Under the pieces are notes generated by a model that ran no database searches, was not told the origin of the DNA, and saw only the letters and a list, made by a program, of their open reading frames with translations. From the NCBI GenBank assembly GCA_963666345.1, contig OY762721.1, forward strand, positions 1,792,001 through 1,856,000: a stretch of DNA of 64,000 bases, written 5' to 3'. Made by a program: the position numbers and the translations under genes. Source of the DNA: Desulfatiglandales bacterium (GTDB lineage: Bacteria; Desulfobacterota; DSM-4660; Desulfatiglandales; Desulfatiglandaceae). Positions 9,233 through 18,550 of the stretch are shown here, piece after piece; the stretch's first letter is position 1, and each line of letters begins with the position of its first letter.

Positions 9233-10150
9233 ATGAAAATTTTCATGACAGGCGCAACAGGCTTTGTAGGCACCGCTCTCACCAAAAGGCTCATATCTGA
9301 GGGACATTCGATCACCCTCCTGACGCGCTCTTTAAAACCAGGAAACCCATTCGGATCTAAGGCAGACTTTGTTGAAGGTGACCCCACGAAAAAGGGAAAA
9401 TGGCAGGAAGAACTCTTGACACACGACGCGGTGATAAACCTTGCCGGGGCATCCATTTTCACCAGATGGAACGATCAGAGCAAAAAAGTCATAATAAACA
9501 GCCGAATCAAAACAACCGAGAACATAGCAGAGGCGATATCAGGGGGGACTGAAGGGCCGGGGATCTTTCTGAGTACATCCGCTGTTGGTTATTATGGATT
9601 TCACGGAGACGAGGAAGTTGACGAAGAAAAGCCGCACGGAAATGATTTCCTTGCCTCCCTTTCAAGGGACTGGGAATCAGCAGCGCTCAAGGTTGATACA
9701 ACAAGGACCCGGACATGCGTATTAAGATTCGGGATAGTATTGGGAAAGGGAGGGGGTGCCCTCAAGATGATGCTCCCCCTCTTCAGGAAGTACCTGGGAA
9801 GCCGGCTTGGAAGCGGAAGACAGTGGTTTTCCTGGATACATATTGAAGACCTCGTAAGGGCGCATCTGTTTGTCTTAGAACAAAGTTCTATTTCGGGGCC
9901 TGTAAACTGCACGGCCCCAAATCCCGTTACAAACAGAGAACTTACGCAAACGCTTGCAAAGGTGCTCGGCAGGCCCTCCTTTCTGCCCCCTGTACCCGCC
10001 TTTGCACTGAGACTTGTAATGGGCGAATTCGGATCGGTCCTGCTCCAGGGCCAGAGGGCCGTTCCCAAAAGGCTCCTTGATTCAGGCTTTCAGTTTACCT
10101 ATCCCTTTCTTGAAAAGGCCCTTGAGGAAATCCTGGCAAAGAAGGCTTAG
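9233..10150 (+). CDS. TIGR01777 family NAD-dependent epimerase/oxidoreductase
   Basis: MKIFMTGATGFVG, VINLAGASI, SAVGYYG, GSGRQWFSWIHIED; start moved to ATG 9233. Confidence 0.92.
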   Translation: MKIFMTGATGFVGTALTKRLISEGHSITLLTRSLKPGNPFGSKADFVEGDPTKKGKWQEELLTHDAVINLAGASIFTRWNDQSKKVIINSRIKTTENIAEAISGGTEGPGIFLSTSAVGYYGFHGDEEVDEEKPHGNDFLASLSRDWESAALKVDTTRTRTCVLRFGIVLGKGGGALKMMLPLFRKYLGSRLGSGRQWFSWIHIEDLVRAHLFVLEQSSISGPVNCTAPNPVTNRELTQTLAKVLGRPSFLPPVPAFALRLVMGEFGSVLLQGQRAVPKRLLDSGFQFTYPFLEKALEEILAKKA

Positions 10151-10155
10151 CACTA

Positions 10156-10554
10156 TCAGTCTTCATCCATACCGCTTTCACCCGCACCGATCAGGGGAAG
10201 CTCTTGTTCTATATTGAAAAAGACCAGGAATCGGGTTTTTTCATCTTCCTTTCCGCCTGAATAGCTTCTGCTTCTTAATGAATAGAGAAGCTCTGAGTCC
10301 TGTTCCTCTTTTGTCTTTTTCAAAAACAGCCTTTTACCCTTGTAACCTGCACCCTGTTCCTTGAAAAGATAAGCGGCCCGGCCGTTTGACTGCAGATTTT
10401 TGTGAGTAAGCCTGTCGGCCATTATAAACGCTATGGTACCGTCATCCATGAAATGGGGTTTGGCATAAACGGCCACATCCACCTTTCCCTCGGAATCGGA
10501 TGTCGCCAGCACTCCCATGCCTTTGGTATGTCCAAAATATTCTTTCAGATCCAT
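10156..10554 (-). CDS. pyridoxamine 5'-phosphate oxidase-like (FMN split-barrel) protein
   Basis: GVLATSDSEGKVDVAVYAKPH, THKNLQSNGRAAYLF. Confidence 0.85.
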   Translation of the reverse strand: MDLKEYFGHTKGMGVLATSDSEGKVDVAVYAKPHFMDDGTIAFIMADRLTHKNLQSNGRAAYLFKEQGAGYKGKRLFLKKTKEEQDSELLYSLRSRSYSGGKEDEKTRFLVFFNIEQELPLIGAGESGMDED

Positions 10555-10596
10555 GGGTATCTCCTTTCCTGTTTATATTTCATCCTTTATTTCCGG

Positions 10597-12144
10597 CTAT
10601 TTTTCAGGAGGCAAAGCACATATGTGGTGGAGCCTGGGGGCAAAGCGCTCCGGTCCCTTAATTATAGGAACTCCGGCTTTTTTTGCAATGGATGAAAGCA
10701 TTCCCTTAAAGAGCATCTGGTGAAACGGATAAAACAGGTACCAGTATATCAGTCCGAAAAGACCTCTTGGCAGAAATCTGGACAGCTGTTTGAGTTCCGT
10801 CATGCCTCCTTGTACAGGGGTCAGCTCAAATTCCAGGAGAGCCTCACCTGGAAGTTTCATCTCAGCTGTAAGCCTGAGCGATTTAGGCGCTTCTACTTTC
10901 ATCACCCTCCAGAAATCAAGGGCGTCTCCGGTAAAAAGTTCCACAGGATGCCTTCGGCCGCGCCTCAGACCGATCCCCCCGATCAGGCGGTCAAGGCCCC
11001 CTCTTAATTTCCAGAGTATCTCTCCGTACAACCATCCGTTCGTCCCCCCGAGCCTCTGTATGAAGGGCCACACTTTTTCGGCCGGACCATCCAAAACGAC
11101 ACGGTACCCGCTTTCAAACACCGTTCCCCCTGCATATTGAGCATCCCCGCACTGGCTCCACTCCGGCACGAAGTGCTCCCCCGCATCGGCCCAGCATGTG
11201 GGCACGCTCTGCTCCATGCTTCTCTTAAGCGCTATACTTATAGCCTCCCTGCAGCTCAACAGCTTCTGGGGCACGAGATCCCTTATCCTGTTTTCACTGC
11301 AGATCACAGGGGTCCTGAGTCCCTCTATCAAGGGTCCGGCAAGGGAAGACGGAAGAGGCGTAACAAGGTGAACCCAGTATGAGCTCAATTGGGGGGTAAG
11401 CAGAGGCAGAGGTATTACAAGTCTTTTCTTAAGGCCCGCCTCCCGGGCGTATATCTCCATCAGTTGTCTGTAGGAAACGACATCAGGCCCCCCGATATCG
11501 AATGTATTTCCGGTGGTATCCTCATTTTCGAGGCAACCCTTGAGGTAATTGAGGACATTTCCGATCCCTATCGGCTGGCAAGGCGTATCGACCCATCGGG
11601 GCGTCGTCATTACGGGCAGACGTTCCACCAGGTAACGAAGCATTTCAAAAGACGCACTTCCAGAGCCAAGGATTACGGCCGCTCGCAGGAAGGTGACAGG
11701 GACATCCGACCCGAGAAGGACTGCGACCTCATGCCTTGACCTCAGATGCTCGCTCATAAGCGAGCCTTTCTCCCCCAGCCCCCCCAGGTATATAATCCTT
11801 TTCAGTTTCGCATCTGAGGCGGCCTTTGCCATATTAACAGCGGCCCTTCGGTCGGCTGCGGCAAAATCTCTGTTCCTCGAATTCATGGAATGAACCAGAT
11901 AATAGGCCGACCGGCACCCCTTACATGCCCTTGAAACGGATTCAGGGTCAAACATATCTCCCTGTGCCAACTCCACTGCCGGATGATAGGCCCAGGGGCG
12001 GCATTTAAGCTTGTCAAGGGATCTGCCCATAACACGGACGTTATAGCCTGAATCCAGGAGCAGGGGAACAAGGCGCCCCCCCACATACCCGGTAGATCCC
12101 GTAACAAGGACAGGGCTTGATTTTTCCTGAAATTCGGCAGCCAA
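10597..12144 (-). CDS. SDR/NAD(P)-binding protein with DUF2867 (YbjT-like)
   Basis: VLVTGSTGYVGGRL, AYYLVHSM, GSGSASFEM, LDFWRV, AEMKLPGEA; TTG start at 12144 after AAGGAGG. Confidence 0.9.
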   Translation of the reverse strand: MAAEFQEKSSPVLVTGSTGYVGGRLVPLLLDSGYNVRVMGRSLDKLKCRPWAYHPAVELAQGDMFDPESVSRACKGCRSAYYLVHSMNSRNRDFAAADRRAAVNMAKAASDAKLKRIIYLGGLGEKGSLMSEHLRSRHEVAVLLGSDVPVTFLRAAVILGSGSASFEMLRYLVERLPVMTTPRWVDTPCQPIGIGNVLNYLKGCLENEDTTGNTFDIGGPDVVSYRQLMEIYAREAGLKKRLVIPLPLLTPQLSSYWVHLVTPLPSSLAGPLIEGLRTPVICSENRIRDLVPQKLLSCREAISIALKRSMEQSVPTCWADAGEHFVPEWSQCGDAQYAGGTVFESGYRVVLDGPAEKVWPFIQRLGGTNGWLYGEILWKLRGGLDRLIGGIGLRRGRRHPVELFTGDALDFWRVMKVEAPKSLRLTAEMKLPGEALLEFELTPVQGGMTELKQLSRFLPRGLFGLIYWYLFYPFHQMLFKGMLSSIAKKAGVPIIKGPERFAPRLHHICALPPEK

Positions 12145-12214
12145 AAAAGGCCCTCCTTCCTTTACTCTCCGACTATTGTTAATGCCCTTACAAAACGCCC
12201 GCAGGTAAAATAAA

Positions 12215-13162
12215 CTACGCGTGATTGCGCAGTTTAAGGGCCACGGGATGGGGATCAAGATATGTCTGAATCCCCAGATAGGGCTCCTCATATTTTCTCA
12301 CGAAGTGCCTCAAAAGTGTCAGGGGCATAATAAGGGGCACATAACCTTCCCTGTAGGAATCTATCGATTCCAGCACCTCCTGTTTTTCATCCGGACTGAG
12401 CTGCTTTTTGAAATAACCAAGCATGTGTTGCAGCACATTTGAGTTTTTCCTGACAGTCGATTTGAGCTTCAGGGCCTCCATCATCAGGATTTCATACCGG
12501 CCGTAAAGGTCATTGACATTATATTCCTTCCCGTGACCGACCAGTTTCCCCATGGTTCGGTAATGCTGCGGGCTGTGGGCCATAAACAGAAGCTTGTTGC
12601 GGCTGTGAAAGTCAACCAGTCTTCCAAGCGACTTTTTCCCGGCCCTGACTTCCCTCCATCTTCTGAGGGTAAATATCCTTTCAATAAAATTTTCTCTCAG
12701 CCCCGGGTCATGAAGACGCCCTTCCTCTTCCACCGGTATCAGGGGTAAACGGCCCATAAACACTCCTGCGAACATCCCGACCCCCTTTTTCAAAGGCATG
12801 CCCTTTTCATTGTAGACCTTGACCCGTTCCATGCCGCTGCTTGGTGATTTGCTCTTAAAGATAAAACCGCAGAGATCCTCATTTTCAAGATCCAGGACCC
12901 TCTTTTCGGCGTATCCGAGCATACCTTCCGTGTGATCCACGCCACTCCTTGACGTCACAAGCCTTGGGGATTCCGGATCCCCCACAAGCCTGAGGGCCTC
13001 CCTCGGTATGCCGAGACCGTATTCGACCTCGGGACAGACAGGCACATAGATAACGTACTGACCAAGGGTGTCGGTAAGATAACGATCCTTTTTGTGCCCT
13101 CCGTCATAGCGGACATTTTCCCCCAGCAGACAAGCGCTTATGCCGATCTTTATAGGTTCCAT
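12215..13162 (-). CDS. ybgA: YbgA family protein (DUF523 plus DUF1722)
   Basis: IGISACLLGENVRYDGGHK, CPEVEYGLGIPRE, KSPSSG, EEEGRL, NVLQHMLGYFK. Confidence 0.92.
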   Translation of the reverse strand: MEPIKIGISACLLGENVRYDGGHKKDRYLTDTLGQYVIYVPVCPEVEYGLGIPREALRLVGDPESPRLVTSRSGVDHTEGMLGYAEKRVLDLENEDLCGFIFKSKSPSSGMERVKVYNEKGMPLKKGVGMFAGVFMGRLPLIPVEEEGRLHDPGLRENFIERIFTLRRWREVRAGKKSLGRLVDFHSRNKLLFMAHSPQHYRTMGKLVGHGKEYNVNDLYGRYEILMMEALKLKSTVRKNSNVLQHMLGYFKKQLSPDEKQEVLESIDSYREGYVPLIMPLTLLRHFVRKYEEPYLGIQTYLDPHPVALKLRNHA

Positions 13163-13365
13163 GGATACTCCTTTATTTCCCGGACATCATTTTCATCCTG
13201 TTTTATCAACCAAAATGCCATAGCCGCCCTGCTTGTTTTATATCAGCTGGTTTAAGATATAACAATGACTCTTTACTTTCCCTTTAGAACGGTTATGTGT
13301 TATCTATTCGGTGGGTCAACAGATGGATTTGATTCCGTACAATCGCCCGGGAGGAAAAATATCGT

Positions 13366-13800
13366 ATGCGGGATAAGATAATCGACATTTTAAGAAGCAG
13401 GGATATCTGTGTGCTTGCAACGGTTTCAGGCAACAGGCCTCACTGTTCTCTGATGGCCTACAGCACGGACGATAAGTGCGGGGAGCTCTACATGCTTACC
13501 CTGAGGGATACGGAAAAATTCAGAAATCTGAAAGACAACCCCGGAGTAAGTATCCTTATAGATACGAGGGAGGATAACAGGAAGGACCATCGCGTTCAGG
13601 CAAGCGCGCTGACAGTGGAAGGGACTGCCGGGGAGGTTACGGACCCGCCCGACATGAGATTTATCAAGGCAAAACTCCTGGCGGATCATCCCCGGCTAAA
13701 AGAGCTTGCTGACCTGCCTGATTGCACAATCCTGCGTGTTAAGATCGATTCGTTTCTGCTCCTGGACGGCCTCAGGGACGCCCATTACGAAAAGCCCTGA
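13366..13800 (+). CDS. pyridoxamine 5'-phosphate oxidase-like protein
   Basis: CVLATVSGNRPHCSLMAY, TEKFRNLKDNPGVSILIDTR; GGAGG SD. Confidence 0.88.
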   Translation: MRDKIIDILRSRDICVLATVSGNRPHCSLMAYSTDDKCGELYMLTLRDTEKFRNLKDNPGVSILIDTREDNRKDHRVQASALTVEGTAGEVTDPPDMRFIKAKLLADHPRLKELADLPDCTILRVKIDSFLLLDGLRDAHYEKP

Positions 13801-13833
13801 AATACTTCCACAAAGGGCGTTAGGAGGCCCCTG

Positions 13834-15303
13834 ATGTCTGTCGAGATTCCAAACATAAGGATTAGAAATACCGGCCCGGAAAAACCGGACTTAAAGGGCG
13901 AGTTTGTACTCTACTGGATGACCTCCTATAGAAGAACCGGATGGAACTTCAGCCTGCAAAGGGCGGTTGAAAAAGCCATTGAGCTAGACAGGCCCCTTGT
14001 AATACTTGAGGCTCTCAGGTGCGGTTATAAGTGGGCAAGTGACAGGCTCCACACCTTTATAATAGAGGGAATGGCGGATAACGCGGCAGCGATAAGGAAC
14101 ACCCCCGCATTCTACTACCCCTATCTTGAGCCTCACCGGGATGACGGCAAAGGCCTTTTGGAGGCACTGGCAAAAAAGGCATCTATCGTCATAACAGACT
14201 ACTTTCCCTGTTTTTTCATTCCCAGGATGGTATCGGCCGCCTCAAGAAAAATCAAGGTACCTCTTGAGCTGGTGGATTCAAACGGAATACTGCCTGTTGC
14301 AGCCGCGGACAGGGTCTTTTCCACTGCATACTCATTCAGGCGCTTCCTTCAGAAAAATCTCACCCCCTTTCTCCATGAAATGCCCCTTGAAGACCCCCTG
14401 AAAGAGCTTCCAAAGGCTGTAAAGGCCAAAATCCCCCGGGATATATTTCTAAAATGGCCGCCTGTCGGGGATTCATATCTAAGGGATAAACAAAGGGACC
14501 TTTCCTCATTTCCGATCGACCACGCGGTGACAAGAGGACTTGCCGCCGGGGGGGCAAAAGAGGCAGAGCGTATTATGAAGGATTTTATCGCTTCAGGGCT
14601 TGCCAGGTACCCGGACACACGCAACCAACCTGAAGTTGAAGGAACAAGCGGGCTTTCACCCTATCTGCACTTCGGGCATATATCCGCCCACCAGGTCCTG
14701 CACGGTATCTTTGAAAAGGAATCATGGTTCTTTGACAGGCTTTCCCCAAGGACTTCGGGGGCTCGGAGCGGCTGGTGGGGCATGAGTGAAGCCGCGGAGG
14801 CCTTTCTGGATGAACTCATCACATGGAGGGAACTGGGCTTCAACATTTGCCATTTCAGGGCCGACTACCACATGTACGAATCTCTTCCCGGGTGGGCACT
14901 TGAAACCCTTTATGACCATGAAATGGATGAAAGAAAATATATCTATTCTCTTGCCCGGTTTGAATCGGGCGACACCCATGACCCGCTATGGAACGCAGCC
15001 CAGGTGCAGCTTGTAAGGGAGGGAAGAATTCACAACTACCTTCGCATGCTCTGGGGCAAAAAGATTCTCGAATGGTCACCATCACCGAAACAGGCCCTTG
15101 AGATAATGATTGAGCTTAACAACAAGTACGCCCTTGACGGAAGAGACCCGAATTCCTACAGCGGTATATTCTGGACATTCGGAAGATACGACCGGGCATG
15201 GGGACCCCAAAGGGCCATATTCGGAAAGATTCGATACATGAGTTCAAAAAACACGGCCCGTAAATATGGCGTCAAAAACTACATAAAATGGTACGGCCCT
15301 TAA
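13834..15303 (+). CDS. phrB: class II CPD DNA photolyase
   Basis: VLYWM, SGLSPYLHFGHIS, FLDELITWREL, IHNYLRMLWGKKILEW, LNNKYALDGRDPNSY, IFGKIRYMS. Confidence 0.93.
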   Translation: MSVEIPNIRIRNTGPEKPDLKGEFVLYWMTSYRRTGWNFSLQRAVEKAIELDRPLVILEALRCGYKWASDRLHTFIIEGMADNAAAIRNTPAFYYPYLEPHRDDGKGLLEALAKKASIVITDYFPCFFIPRMVSAASRKIKVPLELVDSNGILPVAAADRVFSTAYSFRRFLQKNLTPFLHEMPLEDPLKELPKAVKAKIPRDIFLKWPPVGDSYLRDKQRDLSSFPIDHAVTRGLAAGGAKEAERIMKDFIASGLARYPDTRNQPEVEGTSGLSPYLHFGHISAHQVLHGIFEKESWFFDRLSPRTSGARSGWWGMSEAAEAFLDELITWRELGFNICHFRADYHMYESLPGWALETLYDHEMDERKYIYSLARFESGDTHDPLWNAAQVQLVREGRIHNYLRMLWGKKILEWSPSPKQALEIMIELNNKYALDGRDPNSYSGIFWTFGRYDRAWGPQRAIFGKIRYMSSKNTARKYGVKNYIKWYGP

Positions 15304-15365
15304 AAGATCGTTTCCGAAAAATCTGTCTTAAAAAGTGCCGAGTCAAAATTTGCCTTGATTAAAAA

Positions 15366-16895
15366 CTCAACTTTCGGGATTGGGAGGAGTAGCATAAAAA
15401 AGGAGATAACTTATTGAAATAATGCATAAATAAGTTGAAGAGCCCAGTCTTTTGAATTATAGTGAGATTGTGAAAAAACACAATAATATCAAAAGGAAAG
15501 GGCTCATATGCAACATACAATGAATGTCTCCCAATCGCAAGATAAGATTCAAATAAACAGCCAAATTGACGCTTTTTTTAAGGTTTTCACCGTTGGCACC
15601 TTGCTTGACCGAGCCGGTATAAGAAAACGACATGGATACCGAGTTAGCTCTTTGATAAAGACGATATTCACACTGCCGTTCATCGGAAAGAACTTTTTCC
15701 GGGGCATCGTCATCAATGAAGATGTTGGGTTTGGTAAAGACGCCGCCTACGAAGTTTTAAAGTGCTCCAGATATAATTGGCGAAAACTGATCCTAATGCT
15801 GGCAGTAAAACTCCATAGATTCTTCACTGGCCTGACTAGTGAAGACAGACAAAGCGTACTCATTATTGATGACAGCACCTACGATAGATCCCGATCAAAG
15901 GTTGTTGAACTGCTCAGCCGGGTGAAAGATCATTCCACGGGCAGATATTTAGCGGGATTTAGGATGCTGACCATGTGCTGGTCCGACGGGGTAAGCTGTC
16001 TGCCGTTAGACTTTGCACTGCTGTCATCGAGCAACACCAAATCCCGGTTGCAGGATATCCGTAAATCCTTGGATAAACGCACATGTGGTTATCGTCGACG
16101 TGTTGAAGCGATGCAAAAAGCAACCGCTCATTTAGATGCCATGATCAAAAGGGCTTTAGCTGCCGGTATCAAAGCCAAGTATGTTCTTATGGACAGTTGG
16201 TTTGGCATGCCCGCAACCATTGCCAAAGTTGCATCAAATTTGGATGTAATCTGCATGGTTAAAAAGACCCCCAAGGTGCATTACAGCTATGGTGATAAAC
16301 GTATGGATGTGATGGCTATATACAAGACAGTTAAAAAACGTCGTGGGCGTGCCAAGATTAAAGCCAGTGTGCTTGTAGAACTTACCGATGGCATCCCTGC
16401 AAAGCTGGTCTTTGTCCGTGACAATCGCAAAACAGATTGGCTGGCTCTGTTGAGCACTGATGTATCGCTGGATGATGAACAGGTTGTACAGATCTACGGC
16501 AAACGCTGGGATATAGAGATTTTCTTTAAAATGGCCAAGCAGCATCTGAAGCTAGCTAAAGAGATCCACAGCAGAGACTATGACGCCCTTATCGCCCATA
16601 CCAGTATCGTGTTCATGCGGTATATGTTCCTTGCTTATCAGAACCGCAACAGCATCGATGATCGAACCTTTGGAGATATGTTCTATGCCTGCTGTGACGA
16701 GATCAAAGACATCAGTTTTATCCAGGCTCTTTACAGACTGCTCACTCTTGCAATGGCAAATGTACATAGTATGGGCACTGCTTGTGAGAAAACAGTCCAA
16801 ACATTTTTCGATAAAATCATCGCTGCAGCTCTTGATTGTGTGAAGTTGTCAAAGAACCAATTTATTACTCTAAATGCTTAAACCCGAAAGTTGAG
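15366..16895 (+). mobile_element. intact insertion sequence, IS4-like DDE, 1530 bp
   Basis: Perfect 13-bp TIRs CTCAACTTTCGGG (15366-15378) and CCCGAAAGTTGAG (16883-16895), flanked by direct repeat TTAAAAA (15359-15365 and 16896-16902); single transposase ORF. Confidence 0.92.
15508..16881 (+). CDS. DDE transposase (IS4-like)
   Basis: LIIDDS, VLMDSWF, and YGKRWDIEIFFK (YREK-type signature). Confidence 0.93.
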   Translation: MQHTMNVSQSQDKIQINSQIDAFFKVFTVGTLLDRAGIRKRHGYRVSSLIKTIFTLPFIGKNFFRGIVINEDVGFGKDAAYEVLKCSRYNWRKLILMLAVKLHRFFTGLTSEDRQSVLIIDDSTYDRSRSKVVELLSRVKDHSTGRYLAGFRMLTMCWSDGVSCLPLDFALLSSSNTKSRLQDIRKSLDKRTCGYRRRVEAMQKATAHLDAMIKRALAAGIKAKYVLMDSWFGMPATIAKVASNLDVICMVKKTPKVHYSYGDKRMDVMAIYKTVKKRRGRAKIKASVLVELTDGIPAKLVFVRDNRKTDWLALLSTDVSLDDEQVVQIYGKRWDIEIFFKMAKQHLKLAKEIHSRDYDALIAHTSIVFMRYMFLAYQNRNSIDDRTFGDMFYACCDEIKDISFIQALYRLLTLAMANVHSMGTACEKTVQTFFDKIIAAALDCVKLSKNQFITLNA

Positions 16896-16914
16896 TTAAA
16901 AAGTATAAGGGCGG

Positions 16915-17056
16915 TTAGTTAAAAAACCCTGAGGCATCGCGGCCGACAACCGTCAACCAGGCGGAAATTGCAGGGGAAACTGGATCCGGAGACCGACTAA
17001 GGAAATCGCTGGAATTGGACTATCCACGGCCATATGCCGTGGTTTTTTATAACTCA
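16915..17056. repeat. small MITE/REP-like element with inverted ends and an internal hairpin
   Basis: AGTTAAAAAACC ... GGTTTTTTATAACT imperfect inverted ends; internal CCACGGC-CATAT-GCCGTGG hairpin at 17024-17042. Confidence 0.45.
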
Positions 17057-17151
17057 TTAAAATCAGACTTTTCGACAAGAACACCCAGCCTCTGTCCTGT
17101 TATGAGATTTTTAAGGGTTTCGAACAGTTGCCTGTCAGGCATTGAATTCAT
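17047..17151 (-). pseudogene. truncated 5' fragment of a PNPOx-like gene
   Basis: AAGGAG SD then MNSMPDRQLFETLKNLITGQRLGVL, resembling the family N-terminus (...GVLAT), which breaks off next to the repeat. Confidence 0.5.
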
Positions 17152-17457
17152 ACGGTTTCTCCTTTTATCCTGCAAACAGATCCTTTCAAAAAAGGTGATC
17201 GGGTCAATTAAGGTAAAATAAGCCGGGGGGGGTCTTATCATAAATAGAGGTATATATTGCTTTTTTTCCTGATAAATACTCTCCATTATTTGACTTTCAT
17301 ACATTTATGGCTTATATTTTGTTATTATACCTAGAATAAATTAGCCACCCTGGTTTATTGCAGGGGGGACGCCAACAATAGATATTCCTTAATAGGAAGC
17401 GGAGACCTTAAACCCTATCCGCCTGAGGCGGATTAGACATCAAAAAGGAGGATAATC

Positions 17458-17610
17458 ATGGCTGAAAAGGGATTTGTTTGGGTAAAAGACAAGGCCGGCA
17501 ATGAATTCGTATGTCATGTAGATGACTTAAAGGATCCGAAGAAAGTGAGCGAAGAAGACCTCAAGAATTGTATGGATGACGCAACCATGGGTATCAACAT
17601 AGGAGACTGA
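17458..17610 (+). CDS. small acidic protein, 50 aa (MAEKGFVWVKDKAGNEFVCHVDDLKDPKKVSEEDLKNCMDDATMGINIGD)
   Basis: AAGGAGG SD with good spacing, open frame ATG 17458 to TGA 17610, strong terminator directly after; below the ORF-track cutoff. Confidence 0.85.
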   Translation: MAEKGFVWVKDKAGNEFVCHVDDLKDPKKVSEEDLKNCMDDATMGINIGD

Positions 17611-17639
17611 TAAAAACGAGATGAAAGACGATCCGATAG

Positions 17640-17679
17640 AAAAGGCCTCGGCAATAATAGATTGCCGAGGCCTTTTTTT
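17640..17679. terminator. bidirectional intrinsic terminator
   Basis: Perfect 16-bp stem AAAAGGCCTCGGCAAT/ATTGCCGAGGCCTTTT plus T run, between convergent genes. Confidence 0.9.
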
Positions 17680-17689
17680 ATAGGATTGA

Positions 17690-18346
17690 TCAACCTACGG
17701 CCTCCCTGAAAGGCTCAAGCCCCACCCTCTCTATCATCTTTCCCAGTCTTTCGCCCTTTTTCGCATTATCCCTGTAACAGGCTATCACCTTATCAATTGC
17801 GCTCAGGGCCTCCTCGTCACTCAGATCACCTGCCAGCTCATCTGCGATACGGGGCTTGGCCCCAACATTACCGCCTATGACCAGGGTCCAGCCCTTCGGC
17901 TTTCCAAAAAGCCCCACATCCCTAACCCATGATTCCGCGCAGTTGAGATTGCATCCGGACACGGCGATCTTGAATTTGCCCGGAAGTTCGAGGCCATGGT
18001 AGACGGCGTCCAGCTTCATCCCCATTCCAAGGGCATCCTGCTGGCCTATCTTACAGAATGTCTTGCCGGGACAGGCCCTTACGCTCCTTACGCAGAGGCC
18101 GACGGCGGCGCCTTTCGGCATGGACAGATCTTCCCATACTCCTTCTATATCCTCTTCTTTCAGCCCCACAATGGCGATACGCGTTGCACCTGTAATCTTA
18201 AGGGCCTTTGCCTCATACTTTTCCGCCACATCGGCTATCTTTCTCAGAAGATCAGGGGTAACCAACCCGCATGGAATGTGCGGCGCAATTGCATAGGTCT
18301 CCTTGTCCCTCTGGATTATCGCACCTTTTTCTCCAAGTTTAAGCAT
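17690..18346 (-). CDS. low-molecular-weight siroheme sulfite/nitrite reductase-like protein (aSir type)
   Basis: AIAPHIPCG, VRACPGKTFC, KFKIAVSGCNLNCAE (CX5C...CX3C), GERLGKMIERVG; 218 aa. Confidence 0.85.
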   Translation of the reverse strand: MLKLGEKGAIIQRDKETYAIAPHIPCGLVTPDLLRKIADVAEKYEAKALKITGATRIAIVGLKEEDIEGVWEDLSMPKGAAVGLCVRSVRACPGKTFCKIGQQDALGMGMKLDAVYHGLELPGKFKIAVSGCNLNCAESWVRDVGLFGKPKGWTLVIGGNVGAKPRIADELAGDLSDEEALSAIDKVIACYRDNAKKGERLGKMIERVGLEPFREAVG

Positions 18347-18550
18347 AGCATTTTCCCTCCCTTAATTTTTATGTTATATTTGCTGTGTTAAAAGTTTGAT
18401 TTTATGGTATTATTGAGAATATGCTCATTTTAATAACAAGATACTTATAAACAAAAGTTTAAGTAAACCATCCCGCAGAGTCAAGAAAGGACGGGGATCA
18501 GGAGTATCCGAAGGTCATATCCATTAATAATTTACCAGGAAACCGTTAAA

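Noticed and set aside
16960..17000. cobalamin riboswitch (GGGGAA and CCGGAGACC fragments)
   Set aside because: Core B12-box and other conserved helices are absent, no suitable downstream gene, and it lies in a repeat-like element
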